DNA from: an uncultured Acidobacteriota bacterium | GTDB taxonomy: Bacteria; Acidobacteriota; Vicinamibacteria; Vicinamibacterales; 2-12-FULL-66-21 | Reading direction: 5' to 3' | DNA length: 64,000 bases | Assembly: GCA_963787175.1 (NCBI GenBank) | Contig: CAWBCA010000017.1 | Location: forward strand, 120,515-184,514 | In this document: one piece after another, positions 12,987-23,077 of the stretch | How the letters are laid out: each line of letters opens with the position of its first letter | How positions within the stretch are numbered: position 1 is the stretch's first letter | The notes under the pieces: generated by a model | Database searches by the model: none | What the model was told of the DNA's origin: nothing | What the model saw: the letters and a program-made list of their open reading frames with translations, nothing else | Position numbers and translations under genes: made by a program

Positions 12987-13154
12987 GGGATCCGGGATCC
13001 GGGCTCCGGGCTCCGGGATCGCGGCGCTCGGCGCTCGGCGCTCGGGGCTCGGGGCTCGGCGCTCGTGTTTCGGAAGCCTCGAGGCCTTGCGTTTGGGCCT
13101 CTGGGGCTCTACCTCCTAGCTCCTAGCTCCTACCTTCTGTCTTCTGTCTTCACG
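12987..13154. repeat. intergenic spacer made of ~24 in-register heptads (archetype of the family)
   Basis: GGGATCC x2, GGGCTCC x2, GGGATCG, CGGCGCT x3, CGGGGCT x2, CGGCGCT. Then a degenerate stretch: CGTGTTT CGGAAGC CTCGAGG CCTTGCG TTTGGGC CTCTGGG GCTCTAC. Then CTCCTAG x2, CTCCTAC, CTTCTGT x2. 13113 minus 12987 is 126 = 18 x 7, so both arrays share one register. It fills the gap between the two ABC genes. Confidence 0.85.
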
Positions 13155-14919
13155 CCTCCGCCAGCTCCTCTTCCAGCTGCTGCTTCCGGAACAGCTCGCT
13201 GTAAATCCCCCCGGCGCGCACGAGCTCGTCGTGCCGCCCGCGCTCCGACGATGCTGCCGCGATCGAGCACGAAAATCTGGTCCGCGTCGCGCACCGTGGA
13301 GATGCGGTGCGAGACGATGATGGATGTCCGTTGATCGCATGACGCCGCGGAGCCGTCCGAGGATCTCCTCCTCCGTATAGGTGTCGACCGCCGACAGGGC
13401 ATCGTCCAGGACGAGGATCCGCGGGTCGACCATCACCGCCCGGGCGAGCGCGGTGCGCTGCTTCTGGCCGCCCGACAGCGTGATGCCACGCTCCCCGACG
13501 ACCGTGTCATACGCCTTGGGGAAGTACTCGAGGTCCTTGTCGAGCCGGGCCACGGCCGCCGCGGCCGACAGGCGCGAGGCCAGCGCTTCCGGGTCGTCCG
13601 GAACCTCCACGCCGAACGCCACGTTCTCCGCGATGCTGTCGGAAAACAGAAACGGCTCCTGCGGGACGAACGCCAATCGCGCTCCGGACGGTCGACAGCG
13701 GAATGTGGCGGACGTCCACGCCGTCGAGGAGCACCGTGCCCGGCGGCGGCTCGTGGAGCCTCGCGAGCAGGCTCAGGAGCGTCGACTTGCCGGAGCCCGT
13801 GGCCCCCACGAACGCGGCCGTCTGGCCCGCCGCGATCGCGAGTGACACGTGACGCAGGACCGGCCGCTCGGCGCCGGGATACGAGAATGTCAGGTCGCGG
13901 ATCTCCACTCGGCCCCGGATGGCCAGCGCACGTCCCTCCGCTGTCGCGCCGGCGTCGTCCACGCCCGGCACCGCATCGAGGACCTCCAGCATGCGCTTCC
14001 ACGAGGCCATGCCCCGCTGGAGGATGTTGGTGACCCAGCCGAACGCGATCATCGGCCACGACAGCATGACGAGATAGGCGTTGAAGGCGACGAAATCGCC
14101 GAGCGTGATGCGGCCCCTGATCACCTCGCGGCTGCCGAGCCACAGCACCAGCACCGATCCGAACCCCAGGAAGAGCGTCATGCTCGGATAGAACAGGCCC
14201 TGGAGGCGGATGAGCACGCGGTTGCGTCGGACGTACTCGGCGTTGGCCTCCCGGAAGCGCTCGATCTCGTGCGGTTCCTGGCCGTATGCGCGCACCACCC
14301 GGATCCCGGAGAGCGCCTCCTGCACCACCGCGCTGATGTCTGAGAGCTGCGCCTGAATCGCCTCGAACCGGGAGTGGATTGCGCTCCCGAAGTACTTCAC
14401 GCTGATCGAGACCAGGGGGAGCGGCAGCAGCGCCATGAGCGTGAGCCGGCCGTCTATCGAGCTCATGAGGATGATCGCCACGACGAAGACGAGCAGCGTG
14501 TTCGACGTGTACATGACCGCCGGACCGATCATCATCCGCACGGCGTTGAGATCGTTCGTGGCGCGCGACATCAGGTCACCCGTGCGCCGCGCCTGGTAGT
14601 AGGCGAGCGGCATCTGCTGCAGGCGGGCGAAGAAGTCGTTACGGATGTCGAGCTCGATGTCGCGCGACGCGCCGATGAGAATCCGGCGCATCAGGAACCG
14701 GAAGACGGCACCGAGCATGGCGACCGCCAGGAGGAGCCCGGCATACAGCGCGAGCTTCCCCCGCGTGACGCCGGCGGTGAGATCGTCGATCGCGTGCTTC
14801 AGGATCCAGGGCGACAGCAGCTGGATCGAAGTCGTGACGAGCACGCATGTCAGGCCGAGCAGGAACGCGCGACGATAACGGAGGACGTACGGCAGCAGAC
14901 GACGAAACGCGAAACCCAT
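13150..14919 (-). CDS. ABC exporter half-transporter (TMD-NBD), apparent frameshifts in the NBD
   Basis: Start [19 protein letters not shown] is internal to ORF 13507..15132. The TMD is intact. NBD motifs: [65 protein letters not shown]. End is [15 protein letters not shown]-stop (TCA at 13150-13152 on the plus strand). Confidence 0.9.
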
Positions 14920-14953
14920 CGGCCTTGAGTATAGCGGGTGGGGAATGGAGATC

Positions 14954-15051
14954 GAGGGGCTCGATCGGGGGAGGCTCGATGGGGATCCGGGATCCGGGGG
15001 CTCGGCGTTCGGCGCTCGGCGTTCGGGGTTCGATTCGGGCGACTCGGCAAG
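14954..15051. repeat. heptad-repeat array upstream of the second ABC gene
   Basis: GGGATCC x2 (14982-14995), then GGGGGCT CGGCGTT CGGCGCT CGGCGTT CGGGGTT CGATTCG. It is preceded by ATCGAGGGGCTCG / ATCGGGGGAGGCTCG. Shares words and word order with 12987-13063. Confidence 0.8.
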
Positions 15052-15149
15052 CGGGCTGCCGTTTGTTCGTGTTATCCTTGCGTGCCTTTCCCAGCAGGCT
15101 CCGCTGCCCTCTCCGGGCATGACTACAACCAATCGGGGCGAGAGACGTC

Positions 15150-15968
15150 ATGCGCATGACAGCTGCAGCGGGAGTTGTGTTTTCACTGGTAGTCTTTGCC
15201 TTTCCCTCGTCGGTTTCGGCTCAGTCCGACACACAGACCCCATCCGACCGGGCGACCGGCGAGACCTACCACGTGGAGATCGGCGGAATGTTCTGGCGGC
15301 CGGGGCCGGAGGTCACGATTACCAGTGAGTCGCTCGGGATCATCGGGTCGACGATCGACTTCGTCACCGACCTCGGCATCGAGAAGCAGTCGTTCAAACA
15401 GCTCAAGATCGTGCTGCGCCCCAGCACCAGGACGAAGTTCCGCTTCGAGTACACCCCGATCAGCTACACAACGGAGGCGATCCTCAGGCGTCCGCTGATC
15501 TTCAACGGCATCAGCTATCCGATTGCCCTGCCGGTCAACACCGAGCTCGAGTGGAAGGCGTACCGCTTCGGCTTCGAGTTCGACTTCGTGTACGGCAATC
15601 GCGGCTTCGTCGGAGTGCTGCTCGAGGCGAAGTACACCCATGTCGAGGCGACGCTCTCGAACGTGATCGACACCGAGTTCGTGCGCGCGCGGGCGCCGAT
15701 TCCCGCGATCGGATTCATCGGACGCGGCTACCCGGTCTCCAACATCTCGATCACCGGCGAGTTCAGCTTCTTCAAGCTGCCGGAGAGCATCAACGAAGAC
15801 TACCGCGCGAAGTACTACGACTTCGATCTGTATGGGACGCTCAACTTCACCGACAACTTCGGCGCGCAGTTCGGCTATCGCTCCTTCGACGTCTTCTATC
15901 ACGTCGATTCAGACGAGGGCGAACTGCAGCTGAAGGGGCTGTACTTCGGGGGCGTCGTCAGGTTCTAA
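15150..15968 (+). CDS. outer-membrane beta-barrel protein
   Basis: Signal peptide MRMTAAAGVVFSLVVFAFPSSVSAQ. Alternating-hydrophobic strands (KFRFEYTPISY, YRFGFEFDFVY, GVLLEAKYTHVEA). C-terminal YFGGVVRF. Intact ORF. Confidence 0.75.
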   Translation: MRMTAAAGVVFSLVVFAFPSSVSAQSDTQTPSDRATGETYHVEIGGMFWRPGPEVTITSESLGIIGSTIDFVTDLGIEKQSFKQLKIVLRPSTRTKFRFEYTPISYTTEAILRRPLIFNGISYPIALPVNTELEWKAYRFGFEFDFVYGNRGFVGVLLEAKYTHVEATLSNVIDTEFVRARAPIPAIGFIGRGYPVSNISITGEFSFFKLPESINEDYRAKYYDFDLYGTLNFTDNFGAQFGYRSFDVFYHVDSDEGELQLKGLYFGGVVRF

Positions 15969-15973
15969 GGACA

Positions 15974-16009
15974 CTTTGCGTCTCGGCTTTGGGCTTTGGC
16001 GCTTCCCCC
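15974..16009. repeat. heptad module CTTTGCG TCTCGGC TTTGGGC TTTGGCG CTTCCCC between convergent genes
   Basis: Read directly. It parallels CCTTGCG TTTGGGC CTCTGGG at 13085-13105 and CTCTGCC TTTGGGC TTTCGGC at 51529-51549. Confidence 0.6.
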
Positions 16010-18759
16010 CTACTCCACCCTCACCCACGCGCCCAAGAAGCGCGTGTCCCTGCTGGCCGCGTCAACGGCGCTCGGGCGGAACCCGGACGACACCTCGAAG
16101 GTCACGAGCATCGCCCCCCAGGCCGACCGCGGCGGGCCCGGGGGCAGCTCCACGCGACGCTCCTCGCCGGGCGTGAGGCGCAGCGTGTCGATCCACCCGC
16201 CGGCCCGGACCGTCACCACGTTGTCCACCGGCGCGTTCCTCAGCTCCAGCACAATCGACCCGCGCTCGTGTTCCGGCTGCAGCACGACGGCGGATTCGCG
16301 TCCACCTCCCAGCCAGAAGCCGCCTGGCTCCGGGAAGCTGCGATCGTCCATGAAGAAAGCCGTCGCCCGGCCATACCGCACCGCGCGCCTCGCCATTCCG
16401 CTCGATGCCTTCTGATCGCGCGAGCGGATCGACACCGGCCGCACGAACAACGCGCGCACCTGGGCGCGTGCGCCCTCGTCGCCCCGGACGATGAGGACGC
16501 GAAGGTCCACGGGAACACGAACCGGCACCCCGCGATCGAACGACTCCACCGGCTCGGTGACGAGCGCGAACTGGTCGCGGCCGACCCCGGCCCCCGCCAT
16601 CAACCAGCCGCTCCCGCCGGCACGCTCGGCCCGCAGCCGGTACTCGCCCGCGGGCACCTGGGGCAGCGTGAAGAGGGCGCGGTCCTCCCTCGGGAACGCG
16701 GCCGATCGCGGCGCCGGCGTGAGTCGAAGCTCCATGCGCGGCACGAGGTCGCCGGACTCCAGCCGCCGCCGTCCGGTCAAATCGACGGCGACGACGTGCT
16801 CGACGTCACCCAGGAGACGCAGCAGGTCCATCGCGGCCTGCGGAGGCGTACGTCCGTCCACCTGCTCGAGCCTCCAGACAACGCTGATCGCAGCCATCAG
16901 CGCGATCGCCATGACTGCGCCCGTCACGGTGGCGGCGGTCGCGATCGATCGGTTCGGGCCACGCCGGTCGATCGCGCGGACTACCACGCACGCGAGCCCG
17001 ACGACGACGATCCACACCGCGATCTCCGTGAAGAACAGCGGTCCCGGCTGCTGGCGCTGGAGGCGCGCGAAGAACGAGGGAAGCCCGTGCGCGAGGTCTG
17101 CCGTGCGGCTTGCCCACTCCGTCCAGAGCGCATGAACGTTTCCACGGTCGAAGTATGCAAGTCGACCACGCCCGACGACGACCACCAGCAGGAAAGGCAG
17201 GCGGTGAGTGCCAGCGCTCCTGACAGGGCGATGCGGAGGCTGCGCTCGCGGATCGCCGCCCACGTGACAGCGGCGGGAATGGCCAGCGCCGGCAGCAGCG
17301 GCACGAGGAATCGCGCCGGGGCGCTGAACCCTCCCCACCACATCGCGAAGTGCGTCACGGTCAGGACGTACGGCACGGCGATGAACACGAGTTGGGCCGC
17401 CAGCCGCCGTCCCGGCCCGGTATGCGCTGCCAGCAGAAGCACACCGATCGGCGCCGCCACCAGCACCGGAGCGTTGGTGAACAAGCCGTACATCTGGTCG
17501 AAGAACAGGCCGCCCAGCCCGCCGGCAATGTAGGAAGGGGATCCCAGGTCGGAGCCCCTGTAGGGAATCGACGGATCCGGAGCGCCGTAGACGGCCACGA
17601 AGAACCCGATCCACGCGAGCGCACTCGCGCTCGGCACCGCCAGGAACGCCGATGCCTTCGCGGCGGCGTTCCGGGTCCGGGCGAGATCCAGTACGACCAG
17701 CGCGCCCAGGCAGCCGGCCAGCAGGGCGAAGCGCGTGTGCAGCCATGGCAGGAGCGCCAGCGCGGCGCCGTGGAACAGCCACGGCCACGCGGACTCCGCC
17801 CCGCTGGCCTGCTCCTCGCGGGATCGGATGAGCGCCCACACGCCCGTGAGCACGAGGAGGCCGCCCGGGCCGTCGGGGTAGACGGTGAACGTGTTGACCA
17901 GCAGGGTCGGCGAGCAGACCACCGCCGCCCAGCCGAACCAGGCGGCGTCGGTCCGGCCCGTGACCCGTCGCGCGAGCTCCCACGCAAGACCCGCCGCGAC
18001 GGCCGAGAGGATCAGGAGCAGGACCAGCACGCCCCGGTATCCGGCGACCGCAAAGGCAGGCGCCACGAGCGCGGGCAGCCCCGGGGCATGAATCGAGTAG
18101 ATCGCGCCGTCCTGCCCACGCCGCAGGTAGTCGGGCTTCGACAGATCCCCTGGGTAGTACGATCGGTAGTCGCCCTGCGCGTGGTTGTTCTCGATCTTCA
18201 GGTCGCCATCGAGCAGCAGGCTCTGGGTGATGATCAGGTAGTGCGGCTCGTCGCCGCCCGGCCGCGACGGCGAGACCCCCCAGGCGGCTGCCGCGAATAT
18301 CGCGAGCGCCGCCAGGCCGGCCCGCAGCGCCGGCGGGTATGCCGGCACCACCCCGCGCGGCCGGCGCACCGTGGCCAGCATCGCGCCGGCAACCACGACC
18401 CACAGCCCGAGCACCAGCGGTCCCGACCAGAGCAGGAAGGCGGGCGGAACGGGACCCGGCAGCCAGGGAAGGAGCGTCAGCAGCAGCAGGAGCAGCGGCT
18501 GGCGAGCAGCGCCGAAGTGCAGGAGACCCGCCGCCGCCGCCGCGGCAACGCCCACCAGTGAGAGCGCCTCGAAGCTGACCGGCAGCAAGGCGAGCCGTGC
18601 CGCGCCGCCATCACCGTAGGCGATGGCGCCCTGCGAGAGCCACGCCGCCAGGGCCGTGAACAGAACCGCCAGTGCGGAGCCGAAGCCCCTGCTCGCGCGC
18701 CGCGCGGCGGGCTCGGCGCTGCGCGACCGGCCGATCGGCTGTGGTTGAATGACCGGCAT
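16010..18759 (-). CDS. large polytopic membrane protein, GT-C / PMT_2-ArnT-like glycosyltransferase candidate, one apparent frameshift
   Basis: Many TM helices in ORF 16981..18789. Periplasmic-loop motif SRPGGDEPHYLIITQSLLLDGDLKIENNHAQGDY. Soluble C-terminal part is in ORF 16010..18403. Frame change near 17150. The function call rests on motif and topology only. Confidence 0.55.
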
Positions 18760-18897
18760 TCTACATGCTGGGGGGGAAACCGCGTGCACACCGGGAGTCT
18801 CGCGCAGGTACGGGACACGCCCGCGCCCGCCGTCGACAACAACCGCGTGCTCCAGTCGCGAACATGCCGCGGCAGGACGGCCAGCCCCGGGAGCATG

Positions 18898-21182
18898 CTA
18901 GGAAGAGCGCGTTTTCCTGGGCGCAGGTGCCTTCTTCGTGGATCGGGGTTTCGCCGCGGGCCGCTTCGCGGAGGGCGTTTTCGAGGGTGCAGCCTTTGGA
19001 GCCGGGACCGCGGCGACGGTGGAACGCGGCGCCGGGCGTTCGGTTCCCCCGCCAACCGGAATGGCCCGGCCGCCCCCTTGCCGTACAGCATCCTGTAGTC
19101 CTCGGCGGTGCCCAGGATCCGCTTGACGTAGTTCTGGGTTTCCGGAAACGGGATGTCGTCGATGAACTCGTCCTGATCGAGGCCCGGCCGCTCCGCGCGC
19201 CATCGCACGACGCGGCTCTCGCCGGCGTTGTAGCTGGCGAGCGCGTAGTGAGTGCCACCGAACTGCTCGACCAGCCGCGAGAAGTACACCGTTCCGAGCC
19301 GGATGTTGGTCTCCGGGTTCGTGAGCATCGGCGTGGCGAACCGCCGGATGCCGAGCGAGCGGGCAAGGCGTCGTCCGGTGGCGGGAACCACCTGCATGAG
19401 GCCCCATGCGTTCGCGGGCGAGCGAATTTTCGGGTCGAAGGTGGACTCCTGGGCAATCAGGGCTGCGACCAGGTACGGGTCGATACCTCGCGCGCTCGAG
19501 TGCTTGCGGATCAAATCCCAGTACGTCAGCGGAAAGATGACCTGGAGGATCTCCGTGGGGAGTTCCTGTCCGACGGCCGTGAGATGCTGCGGATAGGCGC
19601 GCCGCATCAGGGTGATTGCCCGCCGCAGCTCACCCTTCCGGTGGTACACCCAGGCAACGGTGGCGTCCACCTGCGTCGACGGTCCCCACGCGCGCTGCGC
19701 GAACCGCAGCTCGTTCAGCGCGTCGTCGTACAGCCCCGCTGCGAGCAGGAGGCGAATCGACTGCGCCGTCGGAACGGACGGCGTCGTGCGCTGAAGGACA
19801 GGGCGATTCACGGGCACGGCGTCGGGACGCGCCGCGTCCCGCTGCGGCGAGAGCCGGACGCTGGCCAGGCGGCCGTAATACGAGTTGCCGTAGTCGGCCT
19901 GCACCAGGCGCAGGCGCTCGTGGGCCTGGGGTCCGTTGCCGATCCGGCCGTGCGCACGCGCGGCCCAGTAGAGGAAGGACGGGCGGTAGTCGGACCGGCT
20001 GAACGCGGCCGCAGCGGTCTCGAAGACCCCGACAGTGCCGGCGTAGTCGCCGTTCCGGTATTTGTGCCAGCCGTACTTCCACGCCGCACGCTCCGCCCGC
20101 GCGCCGGCCGGGAACTTCTCGTAGAGCTCCCGGAAGGACTCCGCCGCAAGGTCGTCCTCGTTGGTCAGGATGTAGTAGGTGCCAAGGTTGTTCAGCGCTT
20201 CCTCGGACCAGGAGCTCTCGGGGAACTCGTCCACCAGTGCGCGGGTCGCCGCGATGAACTCGGCGTCCTGCCCGAGCTCCCGCTGCGCGCTCAGCCCGAA
20301 GAATCGCGCTTCGGCCTTGCGTGAGGCGGTGTCCAGGTAGGGGCGCACGCCGTCCAGCGCCGCTGCGTACCGCTTGAGGAAAAAATCGCACTCGGCGATC
20401 CGCAGGTCGACCAGCTCGCGATCGTCGCCAGAGACCTGCCGCTGGATAGCGGCAAAGGCGGCGCGCGCCTCCGGATACCGCCGTGCGCCGTAGAGGATCT
20501 GTGCGCGACCGATGTCGGCCTTGTAGCTCACGCGCACGTATGTGTCGCGCAGCGCGTCGAGCTGCGTCTCCGCCGCGATCGCCGCCTCGGTCTGGGGAAA
20601 CTCGTAATAGACCCGCAAGTACGCTTCGGCTGCTTTCTTCCGGTCCTTCGCCGCCAGCGACGCGCGCGCCAGGCGTGAAAGGATGTCTTCGTTGATCGTC
20701 GCCTTGGAGCCGGCCAGGTCCTCGTAGATGGCGATCGCCGCGCCGTAATCGCCCATCGCTTCTGCGGCTTCCGCTTCACCAAGTGGCGTGCCGACCGACA
20801 GGTAGCCCTGCGGCTTTCGCTGCCGGAGGGCGTGAAACAGGGCGCGCGCCTCGGCCGAGCGCGACAGGCGCAGCTGGGAGGCCGCCGTGTAGTAGGCCGC
20901 GTAATCCTGCAAATCGGTCGCGGCAAGGGAAGGATGGCTGACGAGCGGCAGGGCGGCTCCGTAGTCGCCCGCCTCGAACGCCGCCGCGCCGTCGATGAGC
21001 GGCTTGACGACCTTCAGCGCGCGCGGGCTCACGTCGTCGGCGGTGGGTACCAGCCACAGCTCGCTGGCGCTGCCGGGAAGCGCCTGGTGCGCCGTTGGCG
21101 AGAGCTGTGCGGAGATCGGGCGCCCCGCCCCGCTCCACCCGAGGATGAGGGTGACCGTGGCGATCAGGACCGGCTTGCGCAT
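18898..21182 (-). CDS. soluble lytic murein transglycosylase (Slt-like, superhelical N-domain), one apparent frameshift near the 3' end
   Basis: Signal peptide MRKPVLIATVTLILGWSGAG. TPR-like N-terminal region. Catalytic domain YLVAALIAQESTFDPKIRSPANAWGLMQVVPATG and YALASYNAGESRV. Lys/Pro/Ala-rich tail ...AAKPRSTKKAPAPRKTRSS is in ORF 18898..19407. Confidence 0.85.
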
Positions 21183-21186
21183 GTCG

Positions 21187-22059
21187 TCAGGCCGGAACAC
21201 CGAGCGCGCCCGGGTCGCCTTCTGCGAGCGTCTGCACGAGCTCCTGCTGGAACAGCGTTGCGCGATTGTCCACCGAAGCCGGTACCCGTTCCTGGTACAC
21301 CCGGCGGGCGCGGTCAATCTCCGGACGGAGCCGCTCGAGGAGGTCCCGATGCTCGCGGCCAGCGCGGACGGCCAACTCGTGGTACAGCTCGATCTCCGAC
21401 ACCAGCAGCCGGGCGTAACGGCGCGCGCTCACATCGTGATCGCTATCCGGGGGAGGGGCCGGACGGGCGGAGCCCGTCGCCTCCAGCAGCCGCAACGCCG
21501 TCAGCCGCGACAGGCACGCCGAGGCGTGCGCGCCGAGGATGAGCATCGCTTCACGCAGGCTCGCCCCGCCCCTCTCGCCGGGACCCGGCTCCGCGTGGAG
21601 AACTGCCACGGCGCGGTCTCCCACGACGATGGGGATCGTCAGCGTGTCCGCGCCGGAGTGCGGTGCAGCCCGCGACCCTGGCAAGGCCCGCAGCCCTGGC
21701 AGAGCCGCCACCAGCGCCTCGGGTAGCCCCTTGGCCTCGCCTTCGGCGAAGCCGGCCGACCGCCAGCACTGCAGCGTGCCGCGCCCCGACGGCTGACCGT
21801 CGACCACGAGCAGAATCGCCGTGCGCGGCGTTTCCTCCGCCGCAGCGTCCGCCAGCGCGTCGAGCGCGGCGGTCAGCGACCGGGCGTCGCTCACCCTACG
21901 CAGCGATGCGGCCAGCCGATGGAGGACTGCATGGGCGGAGTCCACGCTCTCGCGCGCAGGACCGCTGTCGTTTTCTGCAGTCCCGAGCGAGGCGGTCTGG
22001 CTGTCGAGCGCGGCCCGGGTGCGCAGCGTGTCGGAGGCAACCTGCAGCTCGCTCGACAT
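21187..22059 (-). CDS. GAF-like domain protein, hypothetical
   Basis: Intact 290-aa ORF. Its stop lies 5 nt upstream of the slt start. C-terminal motif ARRYARLLVSEIELYHELAVRAGREHRDLLERLRPEIDRARRVYQERV. Confidence 0.6.
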   Translation of the reverse strand: MSSELQVASDTLRTRAALDSQTASLGTAENDSGPARESVDSAHAVLHRLAASLRRVSDARSLTAALDALADAAAEETPRTAILLVVDGQPSGRGTLQCWRSAGFAEGEAKGLPEALVAALPGLRALPGSRAAPHSGADTLTIPIVVGDRAVAVLHAEPGPGERGGASLREAMLILGAHASACLSRLTALRLLEATGSARPAPPPDSDHDVSARRYARLLVSEIELYHELAVRAGREHRDLLERLRPEIDRARRVYQERVPASVDNRATLFQQELVQTLAEGDPGALGVPA

Positions 22060-22199
22060 CTCTCGAATTATCGAGAGCGCCTCAGCCCAAAGTCAAGGCC
22101 GAACGGCCCGCAAGTGCCAGCGGGCCAAGTATTTGACCGATCACGTGCGATGAAGCAGTGCACAATCAGAGGATTGTCGGGCGGCCGAGCCGCCTGCAG

Positions 22200-22557
22200 G
22201 GGGGCGACCTAGATTCGACGGAGATATGGTTTCGCAGGATGCGTTGCCGAGGACCATCACCCTCGTAAATCAGATGGAAAAAAACATAACTGCGGACACG
22301 CAGCTCGCTCTCGCAGCCTAAACCCCTGTGAGCGTCCACCCCGGTCAGCCTGCGGGCCGGGATGTGGATGTCATTCCAGCAGGCTGGTTGTCGACGGCCG
22401 TCCCGGACGTTGACGACGAGACTTCTTCGGGGCTGGTTCCTGGCGGTTCTTCGCTGCTTCCTCACGTCAGGGGCGAGACTTTAGAAGCGGATACGCATCG
22501 TAGATTCCTGCGAGGATGTATGTTCGGACCCGGGTGCAAATCCCGGCGCCTCCACCA
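22200..22557 (+). ncRNA. ssrA: tmRNA
   Basis: 5' GGGGGCGACCUAGAUUCGACGG. The 3' end is GGACCCGGGUGCAAAUCCCGGCGCCUCCACCA. The acceptor stem GGGGGCG/CGCCUCC has a G3-U pair. Tag reading frame GCG GAC ACG CAG CTC GCT CTC GCA GCC TAA (22292-22321) encodes ADTQLALAA. Confidence 0.95.
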
Positions 22558-22674
22558 CCAAGTCACGGCGCCTGGCTCTCTCCCCCATTGCTCGCCAGAT
22601 CGCTACTCAGGAGTAGTCCGATTGTGGGGAGCGCATCGCCTGCCGTCGGTTCGATTCCTCTCCGGCTCACGAGT

Positions 22675-22691
22675 CCCCCCGCAGAGGGGGG
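22675..22691 (+). terminator. GC hairpin CCCCCC-GCAGA-GGGGGG downstream of tmRNA
   Basis: Perfect 6-bp stem read directly. There is no U-tract, so a terminator function is tentative. Confidence 0.25.
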
Positions 22692-23077
22692 CCCAACCGA
22701 GCTATTCTCTGTCCAATAACCATGCCCCGCGCGATCTGACGATCCGACAGCGCTGGAACACTCGGTGTCGGCTCCCGGAGACCTCACGGCATTGAGACGA
22801 GCGCGACTGCTGGCTCGGACAGCGGCAGCGGGCAGTCTCCCCGCTCCGCAACACTGAACGCGCCCGCACGTCGGAGCCACCCCAGGTTCCAACCCCCGAA
22901 CAATTGCGGCTAGCCACTGTTCCCGAACGCACTCGCAAATTCCAAAGCTGCATCGTCGTCGAGGCGATCGAGGGCCATGCGATTGGCGCCGGGACCAGGT
23001 GTCATGCGGCTCGGGTGTACGTTGCCGGACAGCGGACAGCGGACGGCGGTAGAATCCGTGCTCTGCAAGGAGATTCC

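Noticed and set aside
12987-13154. Heptad arrays considered as CRISPR or as coding low-complexity sequence.
   Set aside because: The units are 7 nt with no spacers, far below CRISPR repeat size. Period 7 cannot preserve a reading frame, and the arrays lie between a stop and a start codon.
22640-22672. T-loop-like word GGTTCGATTCC downstream of tmRNA, considered as a tRNA or tRNA fragment.
   Set aside because: The flanking bases do not form a T-stem (GTCGG versus CCTCT). No acceptor, D or anticodon arms could be drawn.
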